The position numbers were made by a program, and so were the translations under genes. Positions 1 to 10,173 of a stretch of 64,000 bases of DNA are shown in pieces. The notes below the pieces were generated by a model. That model saw only the letters and a program-made list of their open reading frames with translations, had not been told where the DNA came from and did no database searches. Source of the DNA: Pseudomonadota bacterium (GTDB lineage Bacteria > Pseudomonadota > Gammaproteobacteria > Xanthomonadales > SZUA-36). Within the stretch, counting starts at the first letter, position 1, and every line of letters starts with the position of its first letter. The stretch covers positions 49,317 to 113,316 of the forward strand of contig JADFVZ010000061.1 in assembly GCA_015222805.1 (NCBI GenBank), written 5' to 3'.

Positions 1-872
1 GCAGCATTGGGAATCCAGGTTGCCACCGCAACCGCTTGTCCGGATATAGCCGGACCGCTGAATTGCACGCCAATATAATTACCGACGGCAAGCCCGAAGA
101 GGATGGTCATCAGTACCATTAGTGCACCGGCAATTCGTGCGCTGCCAGATACCAGGTGACCGCTGGCCAGTTCCCGGGTGCTTACCGTCAGGTCCATGCC
201 GGGAATCAGGATGATCAATCCGGCAATCACTGGAGTGATCAAGTCTGTGCCGGGATACCTTGCAATAAACACCGTTGCAATTATCGAACCCAGTGTTGCC
301 GCCACAGGAACAAACAGTCGTTGTACCGCTTCGCTATATTTTCCAGCCAGGCTCAACATTCCTACTGTGAAACCAATCAGCGCCGCGAGTACGACCTCGG
401 ACCAGCCACCACCAAGAAACAGGGCGGCACTGGCAGACAGCAGGGTAAATGCGAGCCAGGTAAGTAACGCGCCATAGCGTGGTGGCGCATTATATATCTC
501 AGCAACATCAATGCTGGCCTGGCGAATACTGATGTCATTATCGGAAAGTTTATCCATCACTCCAAGTATCTCGGATAATTTGCCCAGGTCGATAGTTGTA
601 GATTCTACCCGTACCAGGTAAGTGTGCGTTTGCCGTTCATTCCCGAGGGAGGCAATCAGTGCAGTCGGTGTGGAAAAAAACTGTGAGTCCAGATGTAGGC
701 GGGTTGCCAGCATGGTGAGGGTAGTTTCGATTCTGTGGGCGGGTGAGCCCAGTGATAATAGTGCCCGACCCAGGCGCATAATCAGTGCGGATTTATCATT
801 ATGGTCTGAAGGCAGGCTGGTTGCCAATTCTTCACTTTGGATTTCGTCAAATTGCGGCTGGTTTCGAAACAT
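1..872 (-). CDS. ThrE/YjjP-family (DUF1212) threonine/serine exporter; 3' part runs off the window
   Basis: Absent from the ORF track because no stop lies in the window. My translation of the minus strand from the ATG at 872-870 gives MFRNQPQFDEIQSEEL...LIMRLGRALLSLGSPAHRIETTLTMLATRL. Several hydrophobic helices follow, then LIILIPGMDLTVSTRELASGHLVSGSARI, the ThrE-family pattern. The plus-strand ORFs at 156-921 are shadow ORFs. Confidence 0.7.
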   Translation of the reverse strand, partial: MFRNQPQFDEIQSEELATSLPSDHNDKSALIMRLGRALLSLGSPAHRIETTLTMLATRLHLDSQFFSTPTALIASLGNERQTHTYLVRVESTTIDLGKLSEILGVMDKLSDNDISIRQASIDVAEIYNAPPRYGALLTWLAFTLLSASAALFLGGGWSEVVLAALIGFTVGMLSLAGKYSEAVQRLFVPVAATLGSIIATVFIARYPGTDLITPVIAGLIILIPGMDLTVSTRELASGHLVSGSARIAGALMVLMTILFGLAVGNYIGVQFSGPAISGQAVAVATWIPNA

Positions 873-1026
873 TGAATATTCCATTAATTGTTTTACCCAC
901 AGGAGTCTATTTATTACATAATGAGCCTGCAATAGCATAGAATTAATGACCTGAAGTTTCCATGAGTATTTTCCAATGGAAGCCAGGTATTCTTATAGAA
1001 TGCTGGATTAAATAAAGAAAAATCTT

Positions 1027-2166
1027 ATGCCTGATAAAGATCGTAGTAATGATAAACACGGCGACAGCCTGGACTTAAAAAATGTGCGCAGCCGTATTGA
1101 TGGTCTTGACCGTGAAATCCAGCGACTGATTTCCGAGCGTGCCTCGCTGGCCCTCGATGTTGGCCAGGCAAAAGGCAAGCTCGCGAATGCAGTAGATTAT
1201 TATCGGCCCGACCGGGAAGCGCAGGTGCTCAGGCTGGTACGCGAAAACAACCAGGGACCCTTGAGTGACGAAGAAATGCTGCGCCTGTTTCGTGAAATCA
1301 TGTCGGCCTGCCTGGCCCAGCAGGAGCCATTGAATATTGCTTACCTGGGGCCGGAAGGCACATTCACCCAGCAAGCGGTGAACCGGCACTTCGGACATTC
1401 TATCCATAGTATTGCTTTGGCCGGGATTGAAGATGTCTTTCGTCAGGTGCAATCTGCTGATGCTGATTTCGGGGTTGTGCCGGTGGAAAATTCCACCCAG
1501 GGTGTGGTTAGCCATACCCTGGATATGTTCTATGATTCCAAGATCAAAATTTGTGGTGAAATAGCACTGCGTATCCATCAGAATTTATTAACCCATGCCC
1601 GCAGCCTGAACCAGGTTGAACGGATATATTCCCATCAGCAATCTTTATCCCAGTGCCGTCACTGGATTCGTGCGAATTTACCGAAGGCTGAATGCATCGC
1701 TGTCAGCAGTAATGCAGAAGCGGCAAGGCGTGCCCGCAATGCCCCGGATGCAGCAGCCATTGCCAGTCGCACGGCAGGACGTATCTACGATTTACCGGTA
1801 CTGTTTTCACGTATCGAAGACCAGCAGGACAACACCACCCGTTTCCTGGTGCTGGGGCGCGAACTGTTCCCGCCCAGTGGCAACGATAAAACATCATTGA
1901 TGATGGCAACCCGTGCTGGCGATGGTCCTGGTGACCTGTATTCATTACTGGAGCCGTTGAATAATGAGTCGATCAATATGACCCGGATTGAATCCCGGCC
2001 ATCCAGGGAGAGTACCTGGGGTTATGTGTTCTTTGTTGATGTGCTTGGGCATGCCGATGAAGAGCCGTTAAAATCTGTCCTCAGGGACCTTGATTCTAAA
2101 GAACGGGTTGTGCGGGTGCTGGGATCCTATCCGCAGGCCATGCTCGACCCTGACAGTGATCAATAA
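1027..2166 (+). CDS. pheA: Bifunctional chorismate mutase / prephenate dehydratase (P-protein)
   Basis: 379 aa. N-terminal chorismate-mutase helix (LKNVRSRIDGLDREIQRLISERASLA), prephenate dehydratase core (IAYLGPEGTFTQQA...TRFLVLG) and a C-terminal ACT-like region. Sits in the conserved pheA-hisC-aroA-cmk-rpsA-ihfB block. Confidence 0.92.
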   Translation: MPDKDRSNDKHGDSLDLKNVRSRIDGLDREIQRLISERASLALDVGQAKGKLANAVDYYRPDREAQVLRLVRENNQGPLSDEEMLRLFREIMSACLAQQEPLNIAYLGPEGTFTQQAVNRHFGHSIHSIALAGIEDVFRQVQSADADFGVVPVENSTQGVVSHTLDMFYDSKIKICGEIALRIHQNLLTHARSLNQVERIYSHQQSLSQCRHWIRANLPKAECIAVSSNAEAARRARNAPDAAAIASRTAGRIYDLPVLFSRIEDQQDNTTRFLVLGRELFPPSGNDKTSLMMATRAGDGPGDLYSLLEPLNNESINMTRIESRPSRESTWGYVFFVDVLGHADEEPLKSVLRDLDSKERVVRVLGSYPQAMLDPDSDQ

Positions 2167-2184
2167 ATCAGAATATATGGAAGA

Positions 2185-3309
2185 ATGATAATGGCATGTG
2201 ATTATTTACAATTAGCAACTGCGGGCGTACAGGGGTTGCATCCTTACCTGCCCGGTAAGCCCATTGCGGAGTTGGAGCGGGAGTATGGTGTCAGTAATAT
2301 TATCAAGCTGGCATCAAATGAAAACCCCCTGGGCAGCAGTCCGGCAGCCGTGAACGCCGTCCGCGGCGGCCTCGATGAACTCTGGCTGTACCCAGATGCA
2401 AACGGGTTCGAGTTAAAACAGGCTTTGTCCAGCCAGTTGGACGTTACTCCCGACTGTATTACCCTCGGTAACGGTTCGAATGATGTGCTGGTTTTGCTGG
2501 CGGAGGCCTGGCTTAGCCCAGCACACAACGCGGTGTTTTCCCAGTACTGTTTCGCGGTTTATCCGATCGCCACCCAGGCTGCTGGCGCCGAGGCGCGGAT
2601 TGCACCAGCCCTGCCGGCTGATAGTGATATGCCACTGGGTCATGACCTGCAGGCAATGGCAACACGAATCGATGCAGATACCCGCCTGGTATTTGTCGCC
2701 AACCCAAACAATCCCACCGGAACCTGGCTGGATAACACTGAATTACGCGATTTTGTAGCTAATGTGCCGGAAACCTGCCTGGTGGTAATCGATGAAGCCT
2801 ATCTCGAATATGCCGGGGAGGGGCAGGGCAGTGATGCCGCGGCCTGGCTGGTTGAGTTTCCCAACCTGGTGGTCACCCGTACATTCTCCAAGGCTTACGG
2901 CCTTGCAGGCTTGCGTGTTGGCTATGCACTTTCCAGCCCGCAAATTGCAGCAGTACTAAATCGTGTGCGCCAACCCTTTAATGTTAATGTGCTGGCCCTG
3001 CTGGCAGCCGAGGCGGCTTTGACAGATCACGACTTCCTGCAGCGAACCAAAACCGCGAATGACCAGGGGATGCAGCAACTGCAATCAGGTTTAAAAGACC
3101 TTGGGATGTCCACCATCCCATCGGCCGGGAACTTTATCCTTGTAGATATGGGGCGGGAAGCAATGCCTGTTTATGATGCGCTCCTGCAGCGTTCTGTGAT
3201 TGTCCGCCCGGTAGGCAATTATGGCCTGGACCGGCATTTGCGTATAACCATTGGCACACAAGCACAGAATGCGACTTTACTGAATGCCTTGGCGGATGTG
3301 TATTCCTAA
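2185..3309 (+). CDS. hisC: Histidinol-phosphate / aromatic aminotransferase (class II)
   Basis: 374 aa with motifs KLASNENPLG, ANPNNPTG and FSKAYGLAGLRVGY (PLP lysine). Conserved position after pheA. ATG at 2191 is an alternative start. Confidence 0.9.
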   Translation: MIMACDYLQLATAGVQGLHPYLPGKPIAELEREYGVSNIIKLASNENPLGSSPAAVNAVRGGLDELWLYPDANGFELKQALSSQLDVTPDCITLGNGSNDVLVLLAEAWLSPAHNAVFSQYCFAVYPIATQAAGAEARIAPALPADSDMPLGHDLQAMATRIDADTRLVFVANPNNPTGTWLDNTELRDFVANVPETCLVVIDEAYLEYAGEGQGSDAAAWLVEFPNLVVTRTFSKAYGLAGLRVGYALSSPQIAAVLNRVRQPFNVNVLALLAAEAALTDHDFLQRTKTANDQGMQQLQSGLKDLGMSTIPSAGNFILVDMGREAMPVYDALLQRSVIVRPVGNYGLDRHLRITIGTQAQNATLLNALADVYS

Positions 3310-3340
3310 ATATCATGACTATTTTGAATATCCAGAAGCC

Positions 3341-4654
3341 ATGTCATCAACAATAGTTTTTAATCCATGCAGCGCTGGCTTGCGTGGCGACTTCCAGCCG
3401 CCCGGTGATAAATCAATTTCCCATCGTGCGGCAATTTTTTCATTGCTGGCTGATGGTGTGAGTGAAATCCGCGGTTTCCTGCGAGCCGAGGATACCCTGG
3501 CGACGCTGGCTGCCTGTGTGGCCCTCGGAGCCGGAGTGAGTGAAGACCAAAGCGGAGGCCTGACAATTACCGGCGTGGGCCTGTCCGGTTTATCTGCTCC
3601 AAAGGACGGTCGGTTGGACATGGGAAACTCAGGCACTGCCATGCGTTTACTTGCAGGAGTACTGGCAGCACAGTCGTTCAGCTGTGAGTTGTTTGGTGAC
3701 GCTTCCCTGAGTGGCAGGCCAATGGCTCGGATTATTCGTCCCCTGGAGCAAATGGGTGCGGACATCGAGGCACAGGAAGGCTGCCCACCCTTGTTGATAG
3801 CAGCAACTGCAGGTCTACAGCCGCTGGCATACCAGAGCCCGGTTGCCAGTGCCCAGGTCAAGTCCTGCCTGTTGCTGGCAGGCTTGTGCTCAGGTGTTGA
3901 TATCAGTGTCTGCGAACCGGCCCTGTCACGTGATCACAGCGAGCGCATGCTGGCGGCACAGGGTGCAGCAATTTCCGTTGCCGATAGCTGTGTCGAATTA
4001 ACTGCAACAGCGGTTTTGCAACCACTGAAGATGAATATTCCGGCCGATATTTCATCAGCAGCCTTTGCCATAGTTGCTGCCTTGATTGTGCCCGCCTCGG
4101 AAATCACAGTCAGGAATATCAGTATTAACCCGACCCGCGCACGCTTAATTGATGCGCTGCGTGCAATGGGTGGTGAGATTGAGGTTTTGAATACCAGCGA
4201 GCAGGGCGGGGAGGCGGTGGCAGACCTGTGTATTCGCAGTTCCAGCCTCAAGGCTATTGATGTACCGCCGGAGTGGGTTCCGGGAATGATAGATGAGTTC
4301 CCGGTGCTGATGATAGCGGCCAGCCTGGCCGATGGTGTTACCCGCGTGCGCGGGGCTGCAGAACTACGGGTGAAGGAGAGTGACCGTATCAGTGTGATGG
4401 TTGATGGCTTAAACACATTGGGTGTGACAGTTGAGGAATATGCCGATGGCTTCGATATTCATGGCCACCGGGGTTTTCGATTTAACGGTGGCTGTGTTGA
4501 TGGCCATGGCGATCACCGTTGTGCGATGAGCTTCCTGGTTGCCGGACTGGTTTCAACTGCTCCGGTAAAGGTCAGCGGGACCGAAGCAATTGCCACATCA
4601 TATCCGGCATTTATTGAGGATATGCGCCGCCTTGGTGCCGGGGTTCAGGTTTAA
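3341..4654 (+). CDS. aroA: 3-phosphoshikimate 1-carboxyvinyltransferase (EPSP synthase), monofunctional
   Basis: Motifs PGDKSISHR, LDMGNSGTAMRLL and ELRVKESDRI. The longest ORF starts at 3284 inside hisC; I prefer ATG 3341 (MSSTIVF). No prephenate dehydrogenase domain is fused. Confidence 0.92.
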   Translation: MSSTIVFNPCSAGLRGDFQPPGDKSISHRAAIFSLLADGVSEIRGFLRAEDTLATLAACVALGAGVSEDQSGGLTITGVGLSGLSAPKDGRLDMGNSGTAMRLLAGVLAAQSFSCELFGDASLSGRPMARIIRPLEQMGADIEAQEGCPPLLIAATAGLQPLAYQSPVASAQVKSCLLLAGLCSGVDISVCEPALSRDHSERMLAAQGAAISVADSCVELTATAVLQPLKMNIPADISSAAFAIVAALIVPASEITVRNISINPTRARLIDALRAMGGEIEVLNTSEQGGEAVADLCIRSSSLKAIDVPPEWVPGMIDEFPVLMIAASLADGVTRVRGAAELRVKESDRISVMVDGLNTLGVTVEEYADGFDIHGHRGFRFNGGCVDGHGDHRCAMSFLVAGLVSTAPVKVSGTEAIATSYPAFIEDMRRLGAGVQV

Positions 4655-5346
4655 TGGTGGCCACTGTACCGATTATTGCTATTGATGGCCCCAGCGGTGC
4701 TGGCAAGGGCACTATTGCAGATATGCTGGCGCAGGAACTTGGCTGGCACCTGCTCGACAGTGGCGCCTTGTATCGGTTACTAGCGCTGGAGGCGCAGCAA
4801 CAAGGGATTACAGATCCGCAAAAGCATGTAGCAGAGTTGGCAGGTCTTGCTGTTTCTTTGCCAATAGAATTTAAGCCTGATAGCAGCGGACACAGCAAGG
4901 CATGCCTTCATGGTGTTGATGTGAGCGAGGCTATCCGGAACCCCTTAATATCAGCGCTTGCATCGAGGGTAGCAGCGATACCTGAGGTCAGGGAAGGGCT
5001 ATTTCAGCGTCAAAGGGCCTTTTTACAGGCGCCGGGCCTGGTTGCAGATGGCCGGGATATGGGTACGGTCGTGTTTACTGATGCCCCGCTGAAGATTTTT
5101 CTTACGGCAAGTGCTGAAGAAAGAGCGAAAAGACGGCATAAGCAGTTGAAAGATAAAGGTGAAAATGTTAGTATCGCGCGGCTTTACAGGGACATTGAAG
5201 AGCGTGATGAACGTGACTGCAATCGAGCGGTAGCCCCATTACGGCCTGCAGAGGACTCCATTGTCATTGATAGTACTGATATGAGCATCCAGGAGGTGCT
5301 TGATAAAGTTCTATCAATACATTACGAATTGTCTGCATCTTTTTGA
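4654..5346 (+). CDS. cmk: Cytidylate kinase
   Basis: 230 aa with P-loop IAIDGPSGAGKGT. The start overlaps the aroA stop (TAATG). Conserved position before rpsA. Confidence 0.93.
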   Translation: MVATVPIIAIDGPSGAGKGTIADMLAQELGWHLLDSGALYRLLALEAQQQGITDPQKHVAELAGLAVSLPIEFKPDSSGHSKACLHGVDVSEAIRNPLISALASRVAAIPEVREGLFQRQRAFLQAPGLVADGRDMGTVVFTDAPLKIFLTASAEERAKRRHKQLKDKGENVSIARLYRDIEERDERDCNRAVAPLRPAEDSIVIDSTDMSIQEVLDKVLSIHYELSASF

Positions 5347-5366
5347 TATTCAAGTAAAACATGGTT

Positions 5367-5398
5367 GCCATTCTGCACTAGCAGTAGTGGCGTTTTTA
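5367..5398 (+). terminator. Possible stem-loop plus T-run after cmk, in the rpsA leader
   Basis: gccattctgc-acta-gcagtagtggc (6+4 bp stem with one bulge) followed by gttttta. Imperfect stem. Confidence 0.4.
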
Positions 5399-5539
5399 TT
5401 CACGAGCCCCACAGGGGCGGAAACAGAAGAATAGAACAACCCAGCAGTACCGGCAGTAAGGTGACGACCTCCATAGAGGCACACCACTCGGGATTAATAA
5501 TCACGGTATTGTTAACGGCTTGTTCTACAGGATTAATCA

Positions 5540-7216
5540 ATGTCTGAGAATTTCGCAGAGCTCTTTGAGCAAAGTTTGCAAAACAGGAGCCTTAAACCAG
5601 GTTCAATCGTCACCGGTCAGGTAATCGAAATCCGTAATGATTTCGTGGTTGTACATGCCGGTCTGAAATCTGAAGGCCTGGTGCCTATCAGCCAGTTCAA
5701 GAACTCCGATGGAGAACTTGAAGTAGTCGTTGGCGATGAAGTCATGGTCGCACTGGAAGCTGTTGAAGATGGCTTCGGTGAAACTAAACTGTCACGTGAG
5801 AAAGCCAAGCGCGCGATGGTATGGGATGTGCTTGAAACAGCCCAGGAAGCCGGTGATATTGTTACCGGTAAAATCAACGGCAAGGTCAAAGGCGGCTTTA
5901 CGGTTGATGTTGAAGGTATTCGCGCCTTTCTGCCAGGATCGCTGGTTGATGTACGGCCGGTACGTGATACTGCTTACCTTGAAGGTAAAGAGCTCGAATT
6001 CAAAATTATCAAACTGGATCGCCAGCGTAACAACATCGTTGTTTCCCGCCGTGCAGTGGTTGAATCAGAGTACTCCGCAGAGCGTGAAGCTTTACTCGAT
6101 CGCCTCGAAGAAGGCGTGGTTATCAAGGGTGTGGTCAAGAACCTCACCGATTATGGCGCCTTTATCGATCTTGGCGGCGTAGACGGCCTCCTGCATATCA
6201 CCGATATGGCATGGAAACGCGTTCGTCACCCATCCGATGTGGTTAATGCTGGTGATGAAATCGAAGTTCGTGTATTACGTTACGATCGTGAGCGCAACCG
6301 TGTTTCCCTCGGTCTCAAACAGTTGGGCGATGACCCATGGCAGGACCTGTCACGTCGTTATCCGATTGGTACACGCCTGTTCGGCAAGATCAGCAACATC
6401 ACCGATTACGGTTGTTTTGTTGAAATCGAAGATGGTGTTGAAGGACTGGTGCATGTTTCTGAACTGGACTGGACCAACCGTAATGTTAACCCTGCCAAGC
6501 TAGTTCAGCCGGGTCAGGAAGTTGAAGTTATGGTGCTGGATATCGATGAAGAACGTCGGCGTATTTCCCTCGGCATGAAACAGTGTCAGCCTAACCCATG
6601 GCAGAATTTTGCCGCCACCCATAACAAGGGTGATAAGGTTAGTGGCAACATCAAGTCTATTACCGATTTTGGTATCTTTATCGGCCTCGAAGGCGGTATC
6701 GACGGCCTGATCCACCTTTCAGACATCTCCTGGATGATGAGCGGTGAGGAAATGGTTCAGAACTTCAAGAAGGGTGATGAGCTGGAAGCGGTTGTACTGG
6801 CGGTTGATCCTGAACGTGAGCGTATCTCACTGGGCCTGAAACAGCTGGAACAGGATCCTTTTGCCACATACATGGCTGAGCATCCACGCGGTAGCCTGGT
6901 AACTGGTAAAGTTAAAGAAGTTGATGCACGCGGCCTGCTGGTTGAACTGGCTGATGGTGTAGACGGTTACTTGCGCGCTAGCGACATATCGAAAGATCGT
7001 GTGGAAGATGCCAGCAAGCTGTACTCAGTTGGTAACGATGTCGAAGCTAAATTTGTTAACATCGATCGCAAAAATCGTGTCCTTAGCCTGTCCATCAAAG
7101 CTAAGGAAGATGATGAACTTGCTGAAGCTCTGGAAGAGTATGAAAGCAGCGCTGAAACGGCAACAGGTTCCACCCTGGGTGACCTGCTACGTCAGCAACT
7201 CGATCAGAAAGACTGA
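5540..7216 (+). CDS. rpsA: 30S ribosomal protein S1
   Basis: 558 aa with six S1 (OB-fold) repeats. The N-terminus [13 protein letters not shown]...GSIVTGQV is typical of S1. Confidence 0.98.
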   Translation: MSENFAELFEQSLQNRSLKPGSIVTGQVIEIRNDFVVVHAGLKSEGLVPISQFKNSDGELEVVVGDEVMVALEAVEDGFGETKLSREKAKRAMVWDVLETAQEAGDIVTGKINGKVKGGFTVDVEGIRAFLPGSLVDVRPVRDTAYLEGKELEFKIIKLDRQRNNIVVSRRAVVESEYSAEREALLDRLEEGVVIKGVVKNLTDYGAFIDLGGVDGLLHITDMAWKRVRHPSDVVNAGDEIEVRVLRYDRERNRVSLGLKQLGDDPWQDLSRRYPIGTRLFGKISNITDYGCFVEIEDGVEGLVHVSELDWTNRNVNPAKLVQPGQEVEVMVLDIDEERRRISLGMKQCQPNPWQNFAATHNKGDKVSGNIKSITDFGIFIGLEGGIDGLIHLSDISWMMSGEEMVQNFKKGDELEAVVLAVDPERERISLGLKQLEQDPFATYMAEHPRGSLVTGKVKEVDARGLLVELADGVDGYLRASDISKDRVEDASKLYSVGNDVEAKFVNIDRKNRVLSLSIKAKEDDELAEALEEYESSAETATGSTLGDLLRQQLDQKD

Positions 7217-7228
7217 TTGTTTAACCAT

Positions 7229-7262
7229 GGGGAGTCGCGGTATGCGGCTCCCCTGTATTTTC
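7229..7262 (+). terminator. Rho-independent terminator after rpsA
   Basis: ggggagtcgc-ggtat-gcggctcccc (10-bp stem including one G-U pair) followed by tgtattttc. Confidence 0.7.
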
Positions 7263-7287
7263 ATCACTGCAAATTGATTATCGTATT

Positions 7288-7593
7288 ATGACAAAATCTG
7301 AATTAATTGATTTACTCGCTGAACAGCAGCAGCATCTGGCTCACGTCGATGTTGAACTCGCTGTTAAAGCTATTCTTGAACAAATGAGCCAGTCGCTTTC
7401 AAATGGAGAGCGCATTGAAATACGTGGATTTGGGAGTTTCTCCCTGCGTTATCGTCCACCGCGGATGGGGCGCAACCCTAAAACCGGTGCTTCAGTTGCT
7501 TTGCCTGGTAAGCATGTTCCTCATTTCAAACCGGGTAAAGCCCTGCGTGAGCGGGTTAATGCCTCGATAGCCACCAAGAAGTTATTATCCTGA
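7288..7593 (+). CDS. ihfB: Integration host factor subunit beta
   Basis: 101 aa: MTKSELI...[25 protein letters not shown], the HU/IHF fold signature. Conserved position after rpsA. Confidence 0.96.
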   Translation: MTKSELIDLLAEQQQHLAHVDVELAVKAILEQMSQSLSNGERIEIRGFGSFSLRYRPPRMGRNPKTGASVALPGKHVPHFKPGKALRERVNASIATKKLLS

Positions 7594-7613
7594 GTTTGAC
7601 CGGATGCAGTTAA

Positions 7614-7919
7614 ATGTATCGTATTAGTCTTTACATATTAGCCATTCTTGCCCTTGTTGTTGGTTTACTGATTGGTACGCTGAATTCTGATTCAGTCAGT
7701 ATTGATTTGTTCTGGCGACAGCTTGAACTGCCGCTCGGTGCATCCCTGGTTATAGCCTTCGTGCTCGGTGTGTTGCTCGGTTTATTCGCCCTCTATGTGT
7801 TTCGGGTCCTACCGATGGGCATAGCACTCGGGCGCACGCAAAAAAAACTGCGTAAGCTGGAAGCGTCCAGTACCGGCATTGATCCGGATGCTGCTCGTCT
7901 ATCCGTAAGTGAAGATTGA
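7614..7919 (+). CDS. lapA: Lipopolysaccharide assembly protein LapA (DUF1049)
   Basis: 101 aa with two TM helices, immediately upstream of and overlapping lapB, as for E. coli yciS-yciM. Confidence 0.75.
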   Translation: MYRISLYILAILALVVGLLIGTLNSDSVSIDLFWRQLELPLGASLVIAFVLGVLLGLFALYVFRVLPMGIALGRTQKKLRKLEASSTGIDPDAARLSVSED

Positions 7920-9132
7920 CAGCCTGATCCTGCTGCTCATTGTTGTTGCAGCAGTTGTGGTCGGCTGGTTGATCGGAAAATACAGACCTGCGAAAAAGCG
8001 TAAAGATCCTGAAGACCGTTTTCGCGGACATTATTTTCGCGGACTGAATTATCTGTTGAATGAGCAGCAGGATAAGGCGATAGAAGTATTCCTGCGACTC
8101 GCCGAGGTCAACCAGGATACCGTTGAAACACACTATGCCCTTGGAAACCTGTTCCGCAGGCGTGGAGAGGTGGACCGGGCAATCCGTTGTCATCAGAATA
8201 TTATTGCCAAGCCAGCTCTTACTGAGCGTCAGCGTACCCGTGCTTTACTCGAGCTGGGTGAAGATTATATGCGTGCAGGCTTGCTCGATCGTGCCGAACG
8301 ATTATTTGCTGAACTGGTTGAAAATGATGCACATACCCCCTCAGCCCTGAGGCATCTCCTGGATATCTACCAGCAGGAAAAAGACTGGCACAAGGCTATC
8401 AGCATTGCAAAACAGCTGTCGCGGACCAGGCAAAACAGCATGGGGCATATAATTGCCAATTTTTATTCAGTGCTTGCAGAGGAAAGCCTGGCAGAAGCCA
8501 GGATTGATGAAGCAAAAGCCTATCTGCGCCAGGCACGTCAGTACAACCCTGAATCAGTACGTAGCTGTTTACTAGAAGCCCGCATGGCTGAGCAGCAACA
8601 GGATTTTAGCAAGGCTGCAGACGCCTACCTGGATGCTTACCAGCACGGCAATGATTATCTTCCTGAAATCCTGCCGGCTTTACTGCGCAACTTGCAGGCT
8701 GGTGGTCAGGAGCAAAAAATCCATGAATACCTCGATCGATTTATTGAGGAAACACATGGCATAACCCCCGTAATTGCCAGGACCCGCTTGTACGAAAGTG
8801 AGGAAGGCTCACAGGTGGCTGCTGCATTTTTAATTTCATTCTTGCGCGAGCATCCCTCAGTTCAGGGCCTTGCCTATCTGATTGATATGAACTCTACCAA
8901 CCAGTCGGCCGATCTGCCGCCTGGCGATTTACCGGGCACCCTCTCTAAACCCATGAGTGATGATTCGTCTAATCGAGAAATTCTGCTTGAGCTTACCCAC
9001 CAGTTGCTAAAGAACCAACCAGTATACCGTTGCAAGCATTGCGGGTTCTCCGGGCAGCAGCACCAGTGGCAGTGTCCAAGTTGTAAGCGCTGGGATACAA
9101 CGCACCGTATCCGTGGAGTTACCGGGGAGTGA
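7909..9132 (+). CDS. lapB: Lipopolysaccharide assembly protein LapB (TPR plus rubredoxin-type zinc finger)
   Basis: 407 aa with an N-terminal TM helix, TPR repeats and a C-terminal CKHCGF...WQCPSCKRWDT metal-binding motif. Non-ATG (GTG) start in the track. Confidence 0.88.
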   Translation: MKIDSLILLLIVVAAVVVGWLIGKYRPAKKRKDPEDRFRGHYFRGLNYLLNEQQDKAIEVFLRLAEVNQDTVETHYALGNLFRRRGEVDRAIRCHQNIIAKPALTERQRTRALLELGEDYMRAGLLDRAERLFAELVENDAHTPSALRHLLDIYQQEKDWHKAISIAKQLSRTRQNSMGHIIANFYSVLAEESLAEARIDEAKAYLRQARQYNPESVRSCLLEARMAEQQQDFSKAADAYLDAYQHGNDYLPEILPALLRNLQAGGQEQKIHEYLDRFIEETHGITPVIARTRLYESEEGSQVAAAFLISFLREHPSVQGLAYLIDMNSTNQSADLPPGDLPGTLSKPMSDDSSNREILLELTHQLLKNQPVYRCKHCGFSGQQHQWQCPSCKRWDTTHRIRGVTGE

Positions 9133-10163
9133 TGGACTTGTCATGGATCTACGTGTTATTTGCCTTTAGCTTAACCCTGGTGCTAACTCCAGTCGCAATT
9201 GCTTACGCTAAAAAGAAGCATTTACTTGATCATCCGGGCAATCGTCGTTCCCATCAGAGTATTGTCCCTCGGGGTGGTGGCGCGGCAGCAGTTGCTGTAC
9301 TGCTGGTTTTGACATTAACCCTGCTGCCGAATCACGCTCTACTTCCCGACATGGTTGTATCAAGCAGTATCCTGGCTTTCTTTGAGGCGGTATTACTATT
9401 GGGTTTAGTCGGTTATTTTGATGACCACAAAGCCATGTCCAATCGGAGTAAGCTGGCGGTACAGGTGCTTGCCTGCAGTATAGCGATCTATCTATTGTGG
9501 GTGTCAGCACCACCCAATCCATATATTGGCGGCTGGCTTATATTTTTGGCTTTGCTGGCAATGGTCTGGTTAACAAACCTGTATAACTTCATGGATGGAA
9601 GTCATGGCCTGGCAGCCGCCCAGGCGGTTTTTTCAGGCCTGTTGTTTGCCTGGGTTTTTCATACCATTGACGCTGAACCACTGGTTGTACTGGCACTTAT
9701 GCTAGCAAGCGTTTCGGCAGGGTTTCTATTTTGGAATTTCCCCCGGCCCAAAGCTTTTATGGGTGATGTTTTAAGCGGTACGCTCGGTGTGGCTTTTTCG
9801 GTTCTGATAGTTGCGGCATGGCTGATTTATCAGCTTAACCCGGTGTTGTTATGCATAGTGCTTGCAAGTTTCGTAGTTGATGCCAGTTTGACTTTGCTGA
9901 TGCGTATATTGAGGGGTAAACAATGGTACAATCCTCACCGGGAACATGCCTATCAACGCCTTGTAGCTGGACGTTTTGGGCATGTGGGTACATGGCTTGT
10001 ATACCAGGGGCTGAATTTCCTGGTGGTTTTACCGGCTGTATGGCTGGCACAAACAGGGAAAATAAACGTATATTGGGCCGCGGCCTGTGTTTACCTGCTG
10101 TTCAGCTTGCTCTGGTATGCTGTGTACCGAAATAGAAATGACAAAAAAAATAATATCGAATGA
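9132..10163 (+). CDS. Glycosyltransferase family 4: polyprenol-phosphate sugar-1-phosphate transferase (WbpL/WecA-like)
   Basis: About 343 aa, polytopic membrane protein with the MraY/WecA-type motif NLYNFMDG. The ATG at 9132 overlaps the lapB TGA. Lies directly upstream of a wbpM-like gene. Confidence 0.85.
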   Translation: MDLSWIYVLFAFSLTLVLTPVAIAYAKKKHLLDHPGNRRSHQSIVPRGGGAAAVAVLLVLTLTLLPNHALLPDMVVSSSILAFFEAVLLLGLVGYFDDHKAMSNRSKLAVQVLACSIAIYLLWVSAPPNPYIGGWLIFLALLAMVWLTNLYNFMDGSHGLAAAQAVFSGLLFAWVFHTIDAEPLVVLALMLASVSAGFLFWNFPRPKAFMGDVLSGTLGVAFSVLIVAAWLIYQLNPVLLCIVLASFVVDASLTLLMRILRGKQWYNPHREHAYQRLVAGRFGHVGTWLVYQGLNFLVVLPAVWLAQTGKINVYWAAACVYLLFSLLWYAVYRNRNDKKNNIE

Positions 10164-10173
10164 GGGCATTAGG

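Noticed and set aside
156-921. Plus-strand ORFs of 99-103 aa at the left edge of the window.
   Set aside because: They are antisense to a continuous minus-strand reading frame encoding a ThrE-family exporter. That frame is missing from the track only because its stop lies outside the window.
873-1026. Search for a Phe-rich leader peptide or attenuator upstream of pheA.
   Set aside because: The only small ORF (MSIFQWKPGILIECWIK) has a single Phe, and no terminator/antiterminator pair is visible.
3284-3340. N-terminal extension of aroA, considered as a remnant of the TyrA-AroA fusion seen in Pseudomonas.
   Set aside because: The extension is only 19 codons, overlaps the hisC end and has no dehydrogenase motif. 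The simplest reading is a monofunctional aroA starting at 3341, with tyrA encoded elsewhere.
5365-5547. A 60-aa ORF in the cmk-rpsA spacer.
   Set aside because: It lies in the expected long rpsA leader, has no Shine-Dalgarno sequence and an implausible composition, and runs into the rpsA start.
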